A stretch of 64,000 nt of DNA from Longimicrobiales bacterium (GCA_965202985.1 CBDBCF010000001.1:2048001-2112000); one strand, 5' to 3'. Numbered from the stretch's first letter, positions 37,330-47,163 are shown. The notes: a model not told the origin generated them from the sequence alone. Translations and numbers: made by a program.

Positions 37330-37947
37330 ATGTTGCGAGTCACCCGATTCCCCCGCCGAACCCTGACGATCCTGGGGACGGCCCTTGCGGCCGGCGCCTG
37401 CGACGAAGGGCGAAGCCCGGAGCCGGACGCCCTGACCGAAGCCGAAGTCGTGGCGCTGATTCAGGGCCTGTCCGCCGTGAGTCCCGACGTCACCGACCCC
37501 GGCGACAGGATCGGCGCACCGGCGACATGCCCTTCGGGCGGCCAGGTGGCTTTCTCCGGGAACGCCACCGCCGACGGCACCGATTCCACCAGGCTCGTCG
37601 TTCGCGCGGACATCACCATGGTTCCCCAGGCGTGCCGATTCCCCGCCGGAGGCGCCACCTTCACCATCGACGGCGCGCCCAACATCCGACAGGTGGGGAC
37701 CACGACGCTGATCAACTCCTTGGAACAGATGGCGTTGGACAGCGTGGTGTTCGCCTACGACGTGACCGGCGCGGTGGACTGGACGACGGAAAGCCCAGCG
37801 CGGTCGAGCACCTGTCAGATCGACCTCGACCTGACGGGGAACATTGATCTGCCGAACCTGCAGGCCGGGGACACGTTGGCCGTGACGACCGGCAGCTTGG
37901 CGGGCACCGCCTGCGGCAGCAGCATCAGCATCTCGCTCGAGCCGTAG
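37330..37947 (+). CDS. Lipoprotein (LTEAEVVAL family)
   Basis: AAGGAG RBS; AGAC lipobox; CPSGG, CRF, CQIDL, GTAC. Confidence 0.85.
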   Translation: MLRVTRFPRRTLTILGTALAAGACDEGRSPEPDALTEAEVVALIQGLSAVSPDVTDPGDRIGAPATCPSGGQVAFSGNATADGTDSTRLVVRADITMVPQACRFPAGGATFTIDGAPNIRQVGTTTLINSLEQMALDSVVFAYDVTGAVDWTTESPARSSTCQIDLDLTGNIDLPNLQAGDTLAVTTGSLAGTACGSSISISLEP

Positions 37948-38021
37948 AAGGCGGACGCCGGCCGAGGGCGGCAAGACCGGCGTCCGACCCAGGGCGGCCC
38001 GGCCGGCCCGGAGATGCATCG

Positions 38022-38047
38022 GGAACCTTTTCGCGTTTCTTGAGTAT
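38022..38047 (+). promoter_or_regulatory. Putative ECF promoter GGAACC-N16-GTAT
   Basis: Shares GGAACCTTTT(T)CGCG with 5690. Confidence 0.55.
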
Positions 38048-38107
38048 TCGTCTTCAGTGGGCGGCGATCCGGCCACCCACGGAACTCGACGCCAAGGGAG
38101 CGATCCG

Positions 38108-38761
38108 ATGTTGCGACACGCACGATTCACCTCTACCTGCCGACTCCTGGCGGTCCTGGGCGTGGCCCTGGCCTCCGGAGCCTGCAACGACCGCGTCTCC
38201 GAGCCCGAGAAGGACGACGCCCTGACCGAGGCCGAGGTCGTGGCGCTGGTTCACGGCTTGGCCGCCGTGGGCCGGCTGACCGCCACCGATTCCACCGCCA
38301 GCGAACCGACGGCGACATGCCCCCTGGGCGGCGACGTGGGGTTCTCCGGCACCGTATCGGCGGACAGCACCGAGACCACGCAAATCCTCCGGTCGGAGAT
38401 CGTCATGGTGCCGCGGGCCTGCCGCTTCACGGCGCGGAACGTCACCTTCACCGCCGACGGCGCGCCCAACGTCCGGCAAGTGGGCGCCACCACGATCACC
38501 GGATTCTTCGAGGAAATCGAGCTGGACTACGACGTGACGGGCTCCGTGGACTGGAAGACGGGCAGTCCGGTTCGGTCGGGCACGTGCGCGGTGGACCTGG
38601 ACCTGGAAGGCGAAGTCGAGCTGCCGGGGGTGGAGTCGACGGACACGCTGGCCGTGGTGACCGGCTCCCTGTCGGGCACCATGTGCGGCACCGCCGTCGC
38701 CCTGTCTCTTGACTCGCTCTCGGCCGAGTCCAGGAAGATCACGCAGGTCGGAGGCAGCTGA
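38108..38761 (+). CDS. Lipoprotein (LTEAEVVAL family)
   Basis: SGAC lipobox; CPLGG, CRF, CAVDL, GTMC. Confidence 0.85.
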   Translation: MLRHARFTSTCRLLAVLGVALASGACNDRVSEPEKDDALTEAEVVALVHGLAAVGRLTATDSTASEPTATCPLGGDVGFSGTVSADSTETTQILRSEIVMVPRACRFTARNVTFTADGAPNVRQVGATTITGFFEEIELDYDVTGSVDWKTGSPVRSGTCAVDLDLEGEVELPGVESTDTLAVVTGSLSGTMCGTAVALSLDSLSAESRKITQVGGS

Positions 38762-38789
38762 CGGGGACGACGGTCGATGTCTCCCATCC

Positions 38790-38833
38790 GTGGCCGAAAA
38801 TGACCCATCACGCCTGTTGATACGGGCGTTTCC
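38790..38833 (+). promoter_or_regulatory. Repeated promoter-like motif TGACCCATC-N17-CGTTT, copy 1
   Basis: gtggccgaaaatgacccatc acgcctgttgatacggg cgtttcc. Confidence 0.65.
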
Positions 38834-38886
38834 GCAACGGAAGGGTTGTTCCACGGGTTGACCGTGAAGTAGGGGGAGACGACCAG

Positions 38887-39333
38887 TGACGCACGCAGAG
38901 GACCGCAGACTTGCAACCCTCGCGGCCGGCGACGGCGGCTCTCCCCCGGGGCCGTCGTCGCCGTGGCGGGATTGGCGATGGCTTGGAACGGCGCCTGCCA
39001 AGTGGACTCCGAGGTAGTCCACCCCAACGGCGAGAACCTGCCGTCTCGGCACGCATATCTTGTGCGGTCGGACTCCGTGCCCAGCGGCATGACCGCCAGC
39101 GCCATAGCCGAATGGCGACGGGCGGTGGGCGAGATGCCCGATGGCAACATTCTTGAACGTGTCCGACAGTCGTGACGCCGAGAGGCGACATCCTGGCGTC
39201 CACCAGACACGACAAAGCCTACGACGTGTGGAGCCGCGCGCCCGACGGCACGTACTTGGCCAGCTACGACGGAGATGCGATCAAGTTGGAGGTGTCTGTC
39301 GGCCCGGGTGCCAAGTCGGCAAGTGGTGGGTAG
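38887..39333 (+). pseudogene. Possible degraded secreted protein/lipoprotein
   Basis: AVVAVAGLAMAWNGAC signal-like segment, then a frame break near 39170 and a further stop. Confidence 0.35.
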
Positions 39334-39444
39334 GAGTTGCCGCATCCCAGGGATGGAAACGGCGTCCTCCGAGCTGACGCGGGCGACAGCGCCGAACAAC
39401 CCGGGCACGCGGATCCTTCTGCCCAAGTCGGGTCAGTTTCCGGT

Positions 39445-39488
39445 GTGGCCGATAATGACCCATCAGGTTTGACGCAACCTGCGTTTCC
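39445..39488 (+). promoter_or_regulatory. Repeated promoter-like motif, copy 2
   Basis: gtggccgataatgacccatc aggtttgacgcaacctg cgtttcc. Confidence 0.65.
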
Positions 39489-39550
39489 TAGGGGCAGCCG
39501 CAACGAGGCGGCGGAACTACTGCCGACCCGAACCACAAGGAGTACCACTC

Positions 39551-40594
39551 ATGAACATCCTGCGAAGGCTCATGACCGCAACAGGCGTCGCCTGCGCCAT
39601 CATGCTTATCGTCGCCTGCTTCCCTACGGGGGACGAGCAGAGCATGACATCGGCACCTCTGATCAACCGGAACGTCGTCCGTCTGGAACTGGGCGAGGCC
39701 GTGTATGGTCGAGAGGCCACCCGGGCACTCATCGCGTCCCACCGAGACGAGATCCGCCTGCTCGAGAACGACTCGACGCTGCGAGACCGAGTGGATAACC
39801 CGGACTCGCTAGTCGTCTACCTCAGGGCTGAAGTCGCAAGCCTGGAGGCCCGTCTCGCGATACCCGCAATGACCGTCGAGAGAGCTGATTCGCTACGTCG
39901 CATGGTTCGAGCGGAACTGACGAAGATGGGCGACCTGGGACTGTCGAGCGGCTTGATCAACGGGCAACGAACCAGCCTGCGTCAGCTGCTAGCCGCTGAT
40001 TCCGAGCTGACCGACTTCATGGCATCGAACGGTTGCACCGGATTGCGGCTCGAGTCATACAGCTCGGTGGTCAACTCGCGAGGTACGCGACTGCAAACGA
40101 CTCAGCGCACGGCAAACGCAATTGACCTTGCGGGGGTTCCAATTCCTGATTTCGCAAAGCAGACTGTCGCCGTTGACCTCTACGCCGATGGCAATTTCGC
40201 AACTCGAGAGACGGCGAGCACACATACGTGCCGAGAGGCGTCGCTCAGTATGAACAGGACCATCCGCGTATACGAGCCCGTGCCCGCGCTAGGTTGTCAT
40301 GCTGCATTTAACATCAACGTTGCGTGGGACGGAAGTCACCAGTTATGGACGACAGGGGGTTGGGTCGACTACCTGTCGTCCGGCCACCAACCGGTCACGA
40401 TACCGGAGAACAGAACGGGTTGCTCGTGTCGTGGTGGGGGAGGCGGCAACCCACCGGTTCCGTCTTCTAGCACGGGCGGTTGCAACGGCGGTGGAGGAGA
40501 AGGCACGCCACCGCGTGATTGCGAGTGGGTTACCGTCGAGATGTATGTCGGTGGTGTTCTCGTGCGTACATGGAGGGTACGAGCATGTGGATGA
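39551..40594 (+). CDS. Lipoprotein with a Gly/Pro/Cys-rich C-terminal module
   Basis: AAGGAG RBS; IVAC lipobox; tail CSCRGGGGG...GCNGGGGEG...CEWVTVEMYVGGVLVRTWRVRACG. Confidence 0.8.
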   Translation: MNILRRLMTATGVACAIMLIVACFPTGDEQSMTSAPLINRNVVRLELGEAVYGREATRALIASHRDEIRLLENDSTLRDRVDNPDSLVVYLRAEVASLEARLAIPAMTVERADSLRRMVRAELTKMGDLGLSSGLINGQRTSLRQLLAADSELTDFMASNGCTGLRLESYSSVVNSRGTRLQTTQRTANAIDLAGVPIPDFAKQTVAVDLYADGNFATRETASTHTCREASLSMNRTIRVYEPVPALGCHAAFNINVAWDGSHQLWTTGGWVDYLSSGHQPVTIPENRTGCSCRGGGGGNPPVPSSSTGGCNGGGGEGTPPRDCEWVTVEMYVGGVLVRTWRVRACG

Positions 40595-41181
40595 AGACCT
40601 GCGCAAAGGGGGCTTCTTGGGCCTTGACGCTGTTCGTCCTGGCTTCGTGCGTCTCGGAGAGCGACAGTGCCGGTGCTTCGCCCGACCCGAGCGCCTGCGA
40701 CGACCCGGACCCGATGGACTCCGAGATGTGGACCGACACCGCTACGCTCGTGGTCGGCGACCCGCCGGACGACACCGTCCTGCTCCTGTTTGGAAGGACC
40801 CAAACCGGAAAGGACGCGCTCCGCTGCATCGTCGAGTCCTACCGGGAGGATATCCGTCTTATGGAGAGCGACTCTGCGACTCGAAACAAGTACGCCAATC
40901 CGGATTCGGTGGCGGCGCGCCTGCGTGCCCAGGCTTCGGCCCTGGAGGCCGATCTTGAAGCGCCCCCGTGGACGATCGCCCGCGCGGACTCGATGCTGGC
41001 CCTTGTCCAATCCAGGATCACGGAGATCAGGGAGTCGGGGCAGGCGCTGGCCCACTTCGACGGCGAGCCGGTCACGTTGGACGAGCTTCTGAAGGCGGAC
41101 GCCGGGCTGCGCGAAATGATCGCCGAGATGCGAATGCATCCCGAGCCCTCGTCCGACCCCGAGCTTCCGCCAGGCCGATAG
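40585..41181 (+). CDS. Lipoprotein paralogous to the N-terminal domain of 39551
   Basis: LASC lipobox; SYREDIRLMESDS...NPDSV..RLRAQ versus SHRDEIRLLENDS...NPDSL..YLRAE. Confidence 0.8.
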   Translation: MWMKTCAKGASWALTLFVLASCVSESDSAGASPDPSACDDPDPMDSEMWTDTATLVVGDPPDDTVLLLFGRTQTGKDALRCIVESYREDIRLMESDSATRNKYANPDSVAARLRAQASALEADLEAPPWTIARADSMLALVQSRITEIRESGQALAHFDGEPVTLDELLKADAGLREMIAEMRMHPEPSSDPELPPGR

Positions 41182-41862
41182 GTCAGCCGCGACGCTCCAG
41201 GATCATCGCGGACCCCAGGCCGCCTGCGGCGCGCACCGTGACCAGGCCGAACTGGCCGTCGCGCCGGCGCAATTGGGCGCACGGGATCGTGGACCACGGT
41301 GCCGAAGACCCAAGTGGTCCATGTCGGTCCGGCCAGCACCTCCCGAACGGCGTGACGTCCAAAGGTCGATCGCCGTCAGCCCTTGAAGTGCGCCCCCGCC
41401 CGCGCAAAGGGCGTTCCGGTAGCCTGCAACGACGGCCGAGCGCGGCCACAAGCGACGCGAGTGTGTTCCAATAGGTGCAGGGGACAGGTACGCCACCTCC
41501 GTCAATCCATGTGGATTTCCTCGGGTCACCGGCAAGTCGTTTTCGCACCCACAAGTCCTTGAGAGGCCGCCGGATGTCTCGCCCTGGGTGAACCATGGCG
41601 AGCATCGCGGGAACGACTGTGTCCGTTCTGGTGACCATGCGCCAGCTGTTGCCCACCCTGATCCACGAGCGAGTGCAACAGCTTCCTGATCTTCTGGAAA
41701 CGCTGTGAGGACAACCCGGGACAGAACGGCGTAGCGGTTCTCCCATGACCCGCCTTTTCGTCGGGTAACCCCATCGGGGGAACGGTTTGCCGTCGCTCCG
41801 TCAACGGGCGTATCCTTATCGTGACGGCCTTGCGTGCCATCGCAACCGACACGGAGCCCCTC

Positions 41863-42456
41863 ATGCCCATCGACGACCCAAAGAACCCCGAGGCGGCGGA
41901 CGGTGTTCGGGAGATCGACCTGGAACGGCTGCATGCTCGCGACCCCGAGTTGCTGAAGAGGCTGATCCAAGAGACCACGCCGCGCATTCGAGCGGCGATT
42001 CGGTCGTTTGCGGCCACCGACGCCGACTTGGACGACATCGTTCAGGAATGCTGGGTCCGCATACTGAAGCAACTCGACAAGTTCACGAAGGCCGGCTCGT
42101 TTCCCAGATGGGCCGTCACGGTCAGTCGCAACTACTGCAGGTCCATGCATCGAGAGGCGAAGCGAGCCGTGGACACGGTGTCCATCGAGGATGTCGAAGA
42201 TGGCGTCGATTCGGAGCCGAACCCCGAGGAAGAGTTTGGGCGAGGCCAGATCAAGCAGGCCGTCTGGCGGGAGCTGAACCGGTTGCCGGACCGAGAGCGC
42301 GAGGCCGTCGTCATGGACCTGATGGAGCAGCGCCCGACCTCCGAGATCGCCCGGAAGCTCGGCGTGACGGAGACGTCGGCGCGAAAGATTCTCGGCAGGG
42401 GGATCGCCAAGCTCCGGCGGTCCGACGTCCTGCGCGAGATGGTCATGAGGGTATGA
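41863..42456 (+). CDS. ECF RNA polymerase sigma factor
   Basis: DLDDIVQECW, GSFPRWAVTVSRN, LNRLPDREREAV, SEIARKLGV. Confidence 0.9.
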   Translation: MPIDDPKNPEAADGVREIDLERLHARDPELLKRLIQETTPRIRAAIRSFAATDADLDDIVQECWVRILKQLDKFTKAGSFPRWAVTVSRNYCRSMHREAKRAVDTVSIEDVEDGVDSEPNPEEEFGRGQIKQAVWRELNRLPDREREAVVMDLMEQRPTSEIARKLGVTETSARKILGRGIAKLRRSDVLREMVMRV

Positions 42457-42480
42457 AGGCCCGGACGCCGGGAATCCGAT

Positions 42481-42524
42481 TGGCGGAAACTGACCCATCG
42501 GAGACGGGTGCGCACGGCGTTTTC
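42481..42524 (+). promoter_or_regulatory. Repeated promoter-like motif, copy 3 (N18 spacer)
   Basis: tggcggaaactgacccatc ggagacgggtgcgcacgg cgttttc. Confidence 0.6.
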
Positions 42525-42567
42525 AGTCTTTGGACCGCGCAACACCCCGAACACAGGGAGCATCGCC

Positions 42568-42849
42568 ATGAGCACCAGGACCAAGTGGATCGTGGGCCTT
42601 CTCGCGATCAACATCGCTCTTCTGCCGTTCACGTTCACGTTCGCGTCGAAGCGGACGGCGGCAGGCCCTCCGAACGGGTGGCTGGACTGCTGCCAGGAGA
42701 CCGCCGCCGGTGCACCATACTGCTGCGTCAACTGCTGCTGGCTGACCCAGGACTGCGGCGCGGGCCTGGGTTGCGGGAGGCAGGCGGCGGTAGCGACGAC
42801 AGCCGCTTTCTCGGACGACGCCGAGGACGGGGACCGTGACGAGCGCTGA
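42568..42849 (+). CDS. Small exported Cys-rich peptide (93 aa)
   Basis: GGGAG RBS; hydrophobic N-terminus; WLDCCQETAAGAPYCCVNCCWLTQDCGAGLGC (8 Cys); acidic tail. Confidence 0.75.
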   Translation: MSTRTKWIVGLLAINIALLPFTFTFASKRTAAGPPNGWLDCCQETAAGAPYCCVNCCWLTQDCGAGLGCGRQAAVATTAAFSDDAEDGDRDER

Positions 42850-43996
42850 CGCTTTCCCACGACGGGCCGGAGCGGTCTTCCTCAAGCTCGGGGCCCTCTA
42901 CGCCCTCTACGCCCTCTCCGCCCTCGAGAACTTCCCGGGCGTCTACACGATGGTACAGAGGCTGGCCCTGTCGATCGGGTCGGCCAGCATCGTCCTGTCG
43001 CTACTGGTGCCCGTGGCGGTCTTCATGGCAGCGGGGCGACACTTTGACCCCATTGACGAGGCCGAGGTCGGAGGAAGAAGGCGGCAGTGGGCTTGGTTGG
43101 GACTGATGGCGCTTGTCGCTTACCTGCTGAGCGCTTTTGGGCCCGGACTCTCCGATCGAGCGATGGCTGTGCTCGCGCCGCCGCCCGAGGGATTCGCGAC
43201 GCCGGAAGGTCCTCCCTCGGCAGTCGCCAAGTACATCGTTCCGTTTGCGATCGGCCTGCTGGTCGTGGTGGCCGGAGTCGCCGGGGCCGTGGTCGGGCAG
43301 ATCACGACGTGGGCACCCCGTTGGTGCCGCCACCTCTGGATGTGGGCCGCCGGCGTGACGTTGACCGTTGGCTTCTTCCTGTCGGTGGTCGGGGTCGGCG
43401 AACTCGTGGACCGCCACGGCGTGATCCTTGCTTGGGCATTCTTGCCGGGTCCGCTGGTCCTTCCCCTTCTTGGGACATGGGCCTTGCTCCGGTCGCAACG
43501 CATCCCCGTCCGAGACGTATTGCGCCCGGACTACGCCAAGTCGCTTCCCGTAGAGGCAGAGAGCCTTGACCGGTTGCTGTCGGCGGTCCGCGACGCCGCA
43601 ACGCCCGAAGAACTCGCCCCCGGCGTGGCGGCAAACGAACGCGAAGCCGAGTTGGCGCGGTTCCTGATCGCCATCCGGGAAGCTGCTGCGCCGACCATGG
43701 AGGTCAGCGAGCAGCAGATGCAGAAGCTGGTTCGGGCGACGCTTGCCGCGGCGGCCGAGACCGTGTCGCGTCCTCAGCCACGGCGTTCGTTTGCGTGGTG
43801 GCCGCGGTTGGACCTGGCGGCGGCAAGAGAGTTTGCGGTCTCTTGGGGATGCCTTGCCAGCGGACTGGCCGTTCTGGGTCTTGTCGGCGGCGTGTCCCCG
43901 AACGCACTTGCCGCCGGCACCGTCGGCCTGCTCGGCGCCGTCGTCGGCGTCTGGCTTGCGCGCCGACAGCCCGAGCCGGTGCTGCTTCCCGCTTGA
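42836..43996 (+). CDS. Polytopic membrane protein (about 8 TM) with a cytoplasmic insertion
   Basis: Multiple hydrophobic segments; overlaps both neighbours. Confidence 0.75.
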   Translation: MTSADAFPRRAGAVFLKLGALYALYALSALENFPGVYTMVQRLALSIGSASIVLSLLVPVAVFMAAGRHFDPIDEAEVGGRRRQWAWLGLMALVAYLLSAFGPGLSDRAMAVLAPPPEGFATPEGPPSAVAKYIVPFAIGLLVVVAGVAGAVVGQITTWAPRWCRHLWMWAAGVTLTVGFFLSVVGVGELVDRHGVILAWAFLPGPLVLPLLGTWALLRSQRIPVRDVLRPDYAKSLPVEAESLDRLLSAVRDAATPEELAPGVAANEREAELARFLIAIREAAAPTMEVSEQQMQKLVRATLAAAAETVSRPQPRRSFAWWPRLDLAAAREFAVSWGCLASGLAVLGLVGGVSPNALAAGTVGLLGAVVGVWLARRQPEPVLLPA

Positions 43997-44805
43997 GCCG
44001 CAATCCCACGCCCCCGCTTCTTGCGCTTCTCCAAAGCTCGCGACTTAGGGAGCGGCTGCGCGTGGCCATCGACTCCGGGCCCGCGTCCAGGATCATCGGG
44101 CCGACGATCTTCGCGTCGGGATGGCAGGAGCTGGGCGACCTTGCCAAGACGCACGCGCGCTCGCCGGCGGTGGTGGATCCAGGCTTTCGGAGTCCGGCCG
44201 ATCCTCCCGAGACCGACTCGATCCGACTGTTTCGGGGCCTGCCCACAGAGCTGGTCTGCTACGCGACGACGGCTTCTCCGCCCGACGCGCCGTTCGAACC
44301 CGCGACCATGGCCTACTCGGCGGTGCTGCGGCCGGGCGTGGACGACCACTTCGACGCCATAGAGTCGGCTATCCTCCAAGCCGCCGACGCGCGCCGCGTA
44401 CGCCGCCTCCTGGACGATGTCGCAAGGCGAGCGTCCGCGGACGTCGAACGCATCTTCGCTCGCGTCCTGGCCATGTCCGTCCAGCCATGCACCGTAGCGA
44501 ACCTCGCGACCCATCTGAGGCTCTCCAAGCGAACCCTCTTCCGCCGCTGCGCTGCGCTGGGCATCCCGTCCCCGAAGCGGCTCTGCTCGCTGGGACGGAT
44601 ATTCACGGTGGAGCGACTGGCGGAGTGGAGCAATCAGCCGTCCGGCGCGGTGGCGCTGGCCCTGGGCTTCTCCGACTATGCCAACTACCGCCGGCTGGTC
44701 CGTCGCATGCTTGGCGCACCCCCGTCCGCAATCCGACAACAAGGCGGCTTGGGCCTTGTCACCAGGACGGTCTTGCGGGAGCTTGCTGCGGGGCGGGCTC
44801 CATGA
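43993..44805 (+). CDS. AraC-like HTH transcriptional regulator
   Basis: TVANLATHLRLSKRTLFRRC and VALALGFSDYANYRRLVRRMLGAPPS; TTGA overlap. Confidence 0.8.
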   Translation: MSRNPTPPLLALLQSSRLRERLRVAIDSGPASRIIGPTIFASGWQELGDLAKTHARSPAVVDPGFRSPADPPETDSIRLFRGLPTELVCYATTASPPDAPFEPATMAYSAVLRPGVDDHFDAIESAILQAADARRVRRLLDDVARRASADVERIFARVLAMSVQPCTVANLATHLRLSKRTLFRRCAALGIPSPKRLCSLGRIFTVERLAEWSNQPSGAVALALGFSDYANYRRLVRRMLGAPPSAIRQQGGLGLVTRTVLRELAAGRAP

Positions 44806-44830
44806 CCCCACAAGACGGGAGGACACGACG

Positions 44831-45916
44831 ATGAAGCGCTCAGATCATCTACTACCGGACACCCAAGCACGGGCGGCGGTGCCAGGACACCTGCGGCGCC
44901 GACGAGCGGGGACTTGGTGTCTGCTGCTAGTCGCCGCAACCTGCACTCGCGAGGGCGGGACGGTACAGGAAGCGGACATGCCGATGCTGCCGAGTTCCAT
45001 ATTCGAGCCGGTCAAGACGATCGCCCTGGAAGAGAGCGACGAAGTCGTCAACGTCAGTCCGGAAGTGTCGGTTCAACAGGACGGTTCGTTCCTGATTGCC
45101 GACGGACGCGAAGCGCGCATCCGCATCTACGACCCCGACGGCAGACTGCTGACTCAGTTTGGGCGCAAAGGCGAAGGTCCAGGCGAGCTTGGCCTACCGC
45201 TCGAGGCAACCCGTCGATCCGACGGCTCCATACTGGTCGCCGACTTCTCCTGGGGACTCCTTCATTTCGATTCGTCCGGCACGCGCTTTCTCGGGGGAAC
45301 TCGACCTCCGATTAGGCCGCTGTACACGGCGGAGCCGCTGGACAGCCACAGGTTCCTGATCTCTGGCCTCTACCGCGGGGCCGCCGATCCGAGAGAGTTG
45401 ATGCACGTGTGGGATGCAAGGGCCGACACGGTGTTGTTCAGTTTCTTTCCCACACCCGGCGATTCGTTGGCGAGGCTTGCAGCGAGGAACTTCGGATGGG
45501 CCGATTTCGTACGCAAAGGCGATACCGTCGCAGCCATCGCCGCGTTTTCCGATACGCTCTACCTCTTCGACCAGTCGGGCGACGAACTAGGACAGGTCGC
45601 GTTGCCGATCATAGATTTCAAGCGAATCACGACATACGATCCAGCCGCAAATCCTCTTGAGCTTGACCGGTGGCTTGAGACTCTGAATCTCCTGGTAAAC
45701 ATACACTGGTTGGACGACGGTACGTTTCTTGTACAATATCAAGAGCCTCGCGGAGCGAGCAACGTATGGAATTTGCTTCGAACCGACCTGGATGGTCATC
45801 GCTACTTCGACGTACGCAATACTCCCGAACTCCTTGCGGTCAAGGACGAACTGCTTGTCTTTGTTCATCCAGAATCCTATACGCCAGACAAATGGATAAT
45901 CGTACGACTGCGCTAG
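44831..45916 (+). CDS. 6-bladed beta-propeller (NHL-like) secreted protein
   Basis: GGAGG RBS; FLIADG..ARIRIYDPDG.LL..FGRKGEGPGEL. Confidence 0.85.
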   Translation: MKRSDHLLPDTQARAAVPGHLRRRRAGTWCLLLVAATCTREGGTVQEADMPMLPSSIFEPVKTIALEESDEVVNVSPEVSVQQDGSFLIADGREARIRIYDPDGRLLTQFGRKGEGPGELGLPLEATRRSDGSILVADFSWGLLHFDSSGTRFLGGTRPPIRPLYTAEPLDSHRFLISGLYRGAADPRELMHVWDARADTVLFSFFPTPGDSLARLAARNFGWADFVRKGDTVAAIAAFSDTLYLFDQSGDELGQVALPIIDFKRITTYDPAANPLELDRWLETLNLLVNIHWLDDGTFLVQYQEPRGASNVWNLLRTDLDGHRYFDVRNTPELLAVKDELLVFVHPESYTPDKWIIVRLR

Positions 45917-46239
45917 GAGCGATTGTACTGACGATCGTGACAGCTTCAATTGCCTACGAGCCCAGTATGCCGCTGCGCGAAGGCGGTTCAGCTCCGAGCT
46001 TCACTGCGGCTCATGGCAACGTATCTGTTGTCTGGGTGATTCGACCGGAGGACCTCCTTACTTGCCAAGATGTCACTACGGCTCTTCGACGGATTGAGAG
46101 GCGATTTTCCGATGTGTCGCTCCATGTGGTTGTCCTTATGGTCCGGCACCTCGAGCGTCAAGGCGGCTACAAGGGGGAAACGCCCTCCTCTCGTGAATGC
46201 GCTGGTGTCCGCCGGGTAATCGATGTTCCGGTGATGTGA
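45892..46239 (+). CDS. Hypothetical exported protein, probably truncated
   Basis: N-terminal hydrophobic segment; VVWVIRPEDLLTC; ends next to the IS remnant. Confidence 0.4.
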   Translation: MDNRTTALGAIVLTIVTASIAYEPSMPLREGGSAPSFTAAHGNVSVVWVIRPEDLLTCQDVTTALRRIERRFSDVSLHVVVLMVRHLERQGGYKGETPSSRECAGVRRVIDVPVM

Positions 46240-46249
46240 CTCCGCCTTA

Positions 46250-47030
46250 TTCATGACTCGTGTGAAGTTGTCGTTGGGGCGAGATTGCGGACGTGCACAA
46301 GGCGAGTAGCGCAAGACGAGCGTGCGAGCGGGGTCGAATTGGCAGTTGCGGGCGGTGGATACGAGGCGCGTCGGGCGGCCAGCGTTCAGTGACGCGCGGA
46401 GCGGCCGACGATCGTGACGACACGGCGTTCGGAGACGGTGAACCGAGCGGGCACGCGCAGCACGCGTTCGAGCAGCCGACGCAAGCTCCACCCGGTCTGG
46501 GTGGCGCGTTCCAGCAGCGTGCGCAGCACGTGCATGGTCCCACCACCACATCCGCGCATCGTCGCCTGCCTCCCGCAAAGGTCGTACCAGGTCTTCTGCA
46601 CCGCTTCGTCCACGGCCCGCTCGGCCAACCTGTCGAGCACCGCGTTCCGCCGGAGCCGGGCCACGAACGGCGTGCCCCGGTCCTCGAGCGCCCGCATCAG
46701 CTGCTCGGCGGGTATCCCGCGTCCATGCGCACCACCGCCTTGCGGCAGCAGTGCCGCTCGACGCGGTCGAGCACCGCCAGCACGAACTCCGTCCCGCCCG
46801 CAGCCGTGTGCGCCTTGCCCGCCCGCAGCCGAGCGTCCAGCATGTCGCCCGTCTCTGCCGACGACGCCACCAGCGGATGGTACACCGTCGCCTTGCAGTA
46901 GCCGTTCCAGCCGCTGCCCGGCTGCTTGCCGTGAACCTCGATCGGCGGGCTGTCTGGCGCTCGTGGCCGAGAACCGACGGCCGGCCGCCGAACGGCAGGA
47001 CCGAGCCCCGCGTCCAGAACCCCTCGACCT
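46250..47030 (-). mobile_element. Degenerate IS1380-family transposase
   Basis: PIEVHGKQPGSGWNGY...YHPLV...LDARLRAG...VVRMDAGY, frameshift, FVARLRRNAVL, and LRVPARF at the C-terminus; internal deletions. Confidence 0.8.
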
Positions 47031-47163
47031 CAAGTCACAGCCGCCTCCGACAGTCTCACCTTGGCTGTCGCTCGACAGGGCGGGTTAGCATTTCTGTCCC
47101 GATGGACCTATCCTGTCATCCGCGAAAGGAACACTCCCACTCATTCCCGGAGGGGAAGCAGCG

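Noticed and set aside
33752..37366. 1204-aa Arg/Gly-rich ORF
   Set aside because: Alternative frame of glnA and the propeller gene; high-GC artefact.
41183..41820. ORFs or an ncRNA in the ~680-bp gap before the ECF sigma
   Set aside because: No recognisable motif, RBS-supported ORF or RNA family could be supported by eye.
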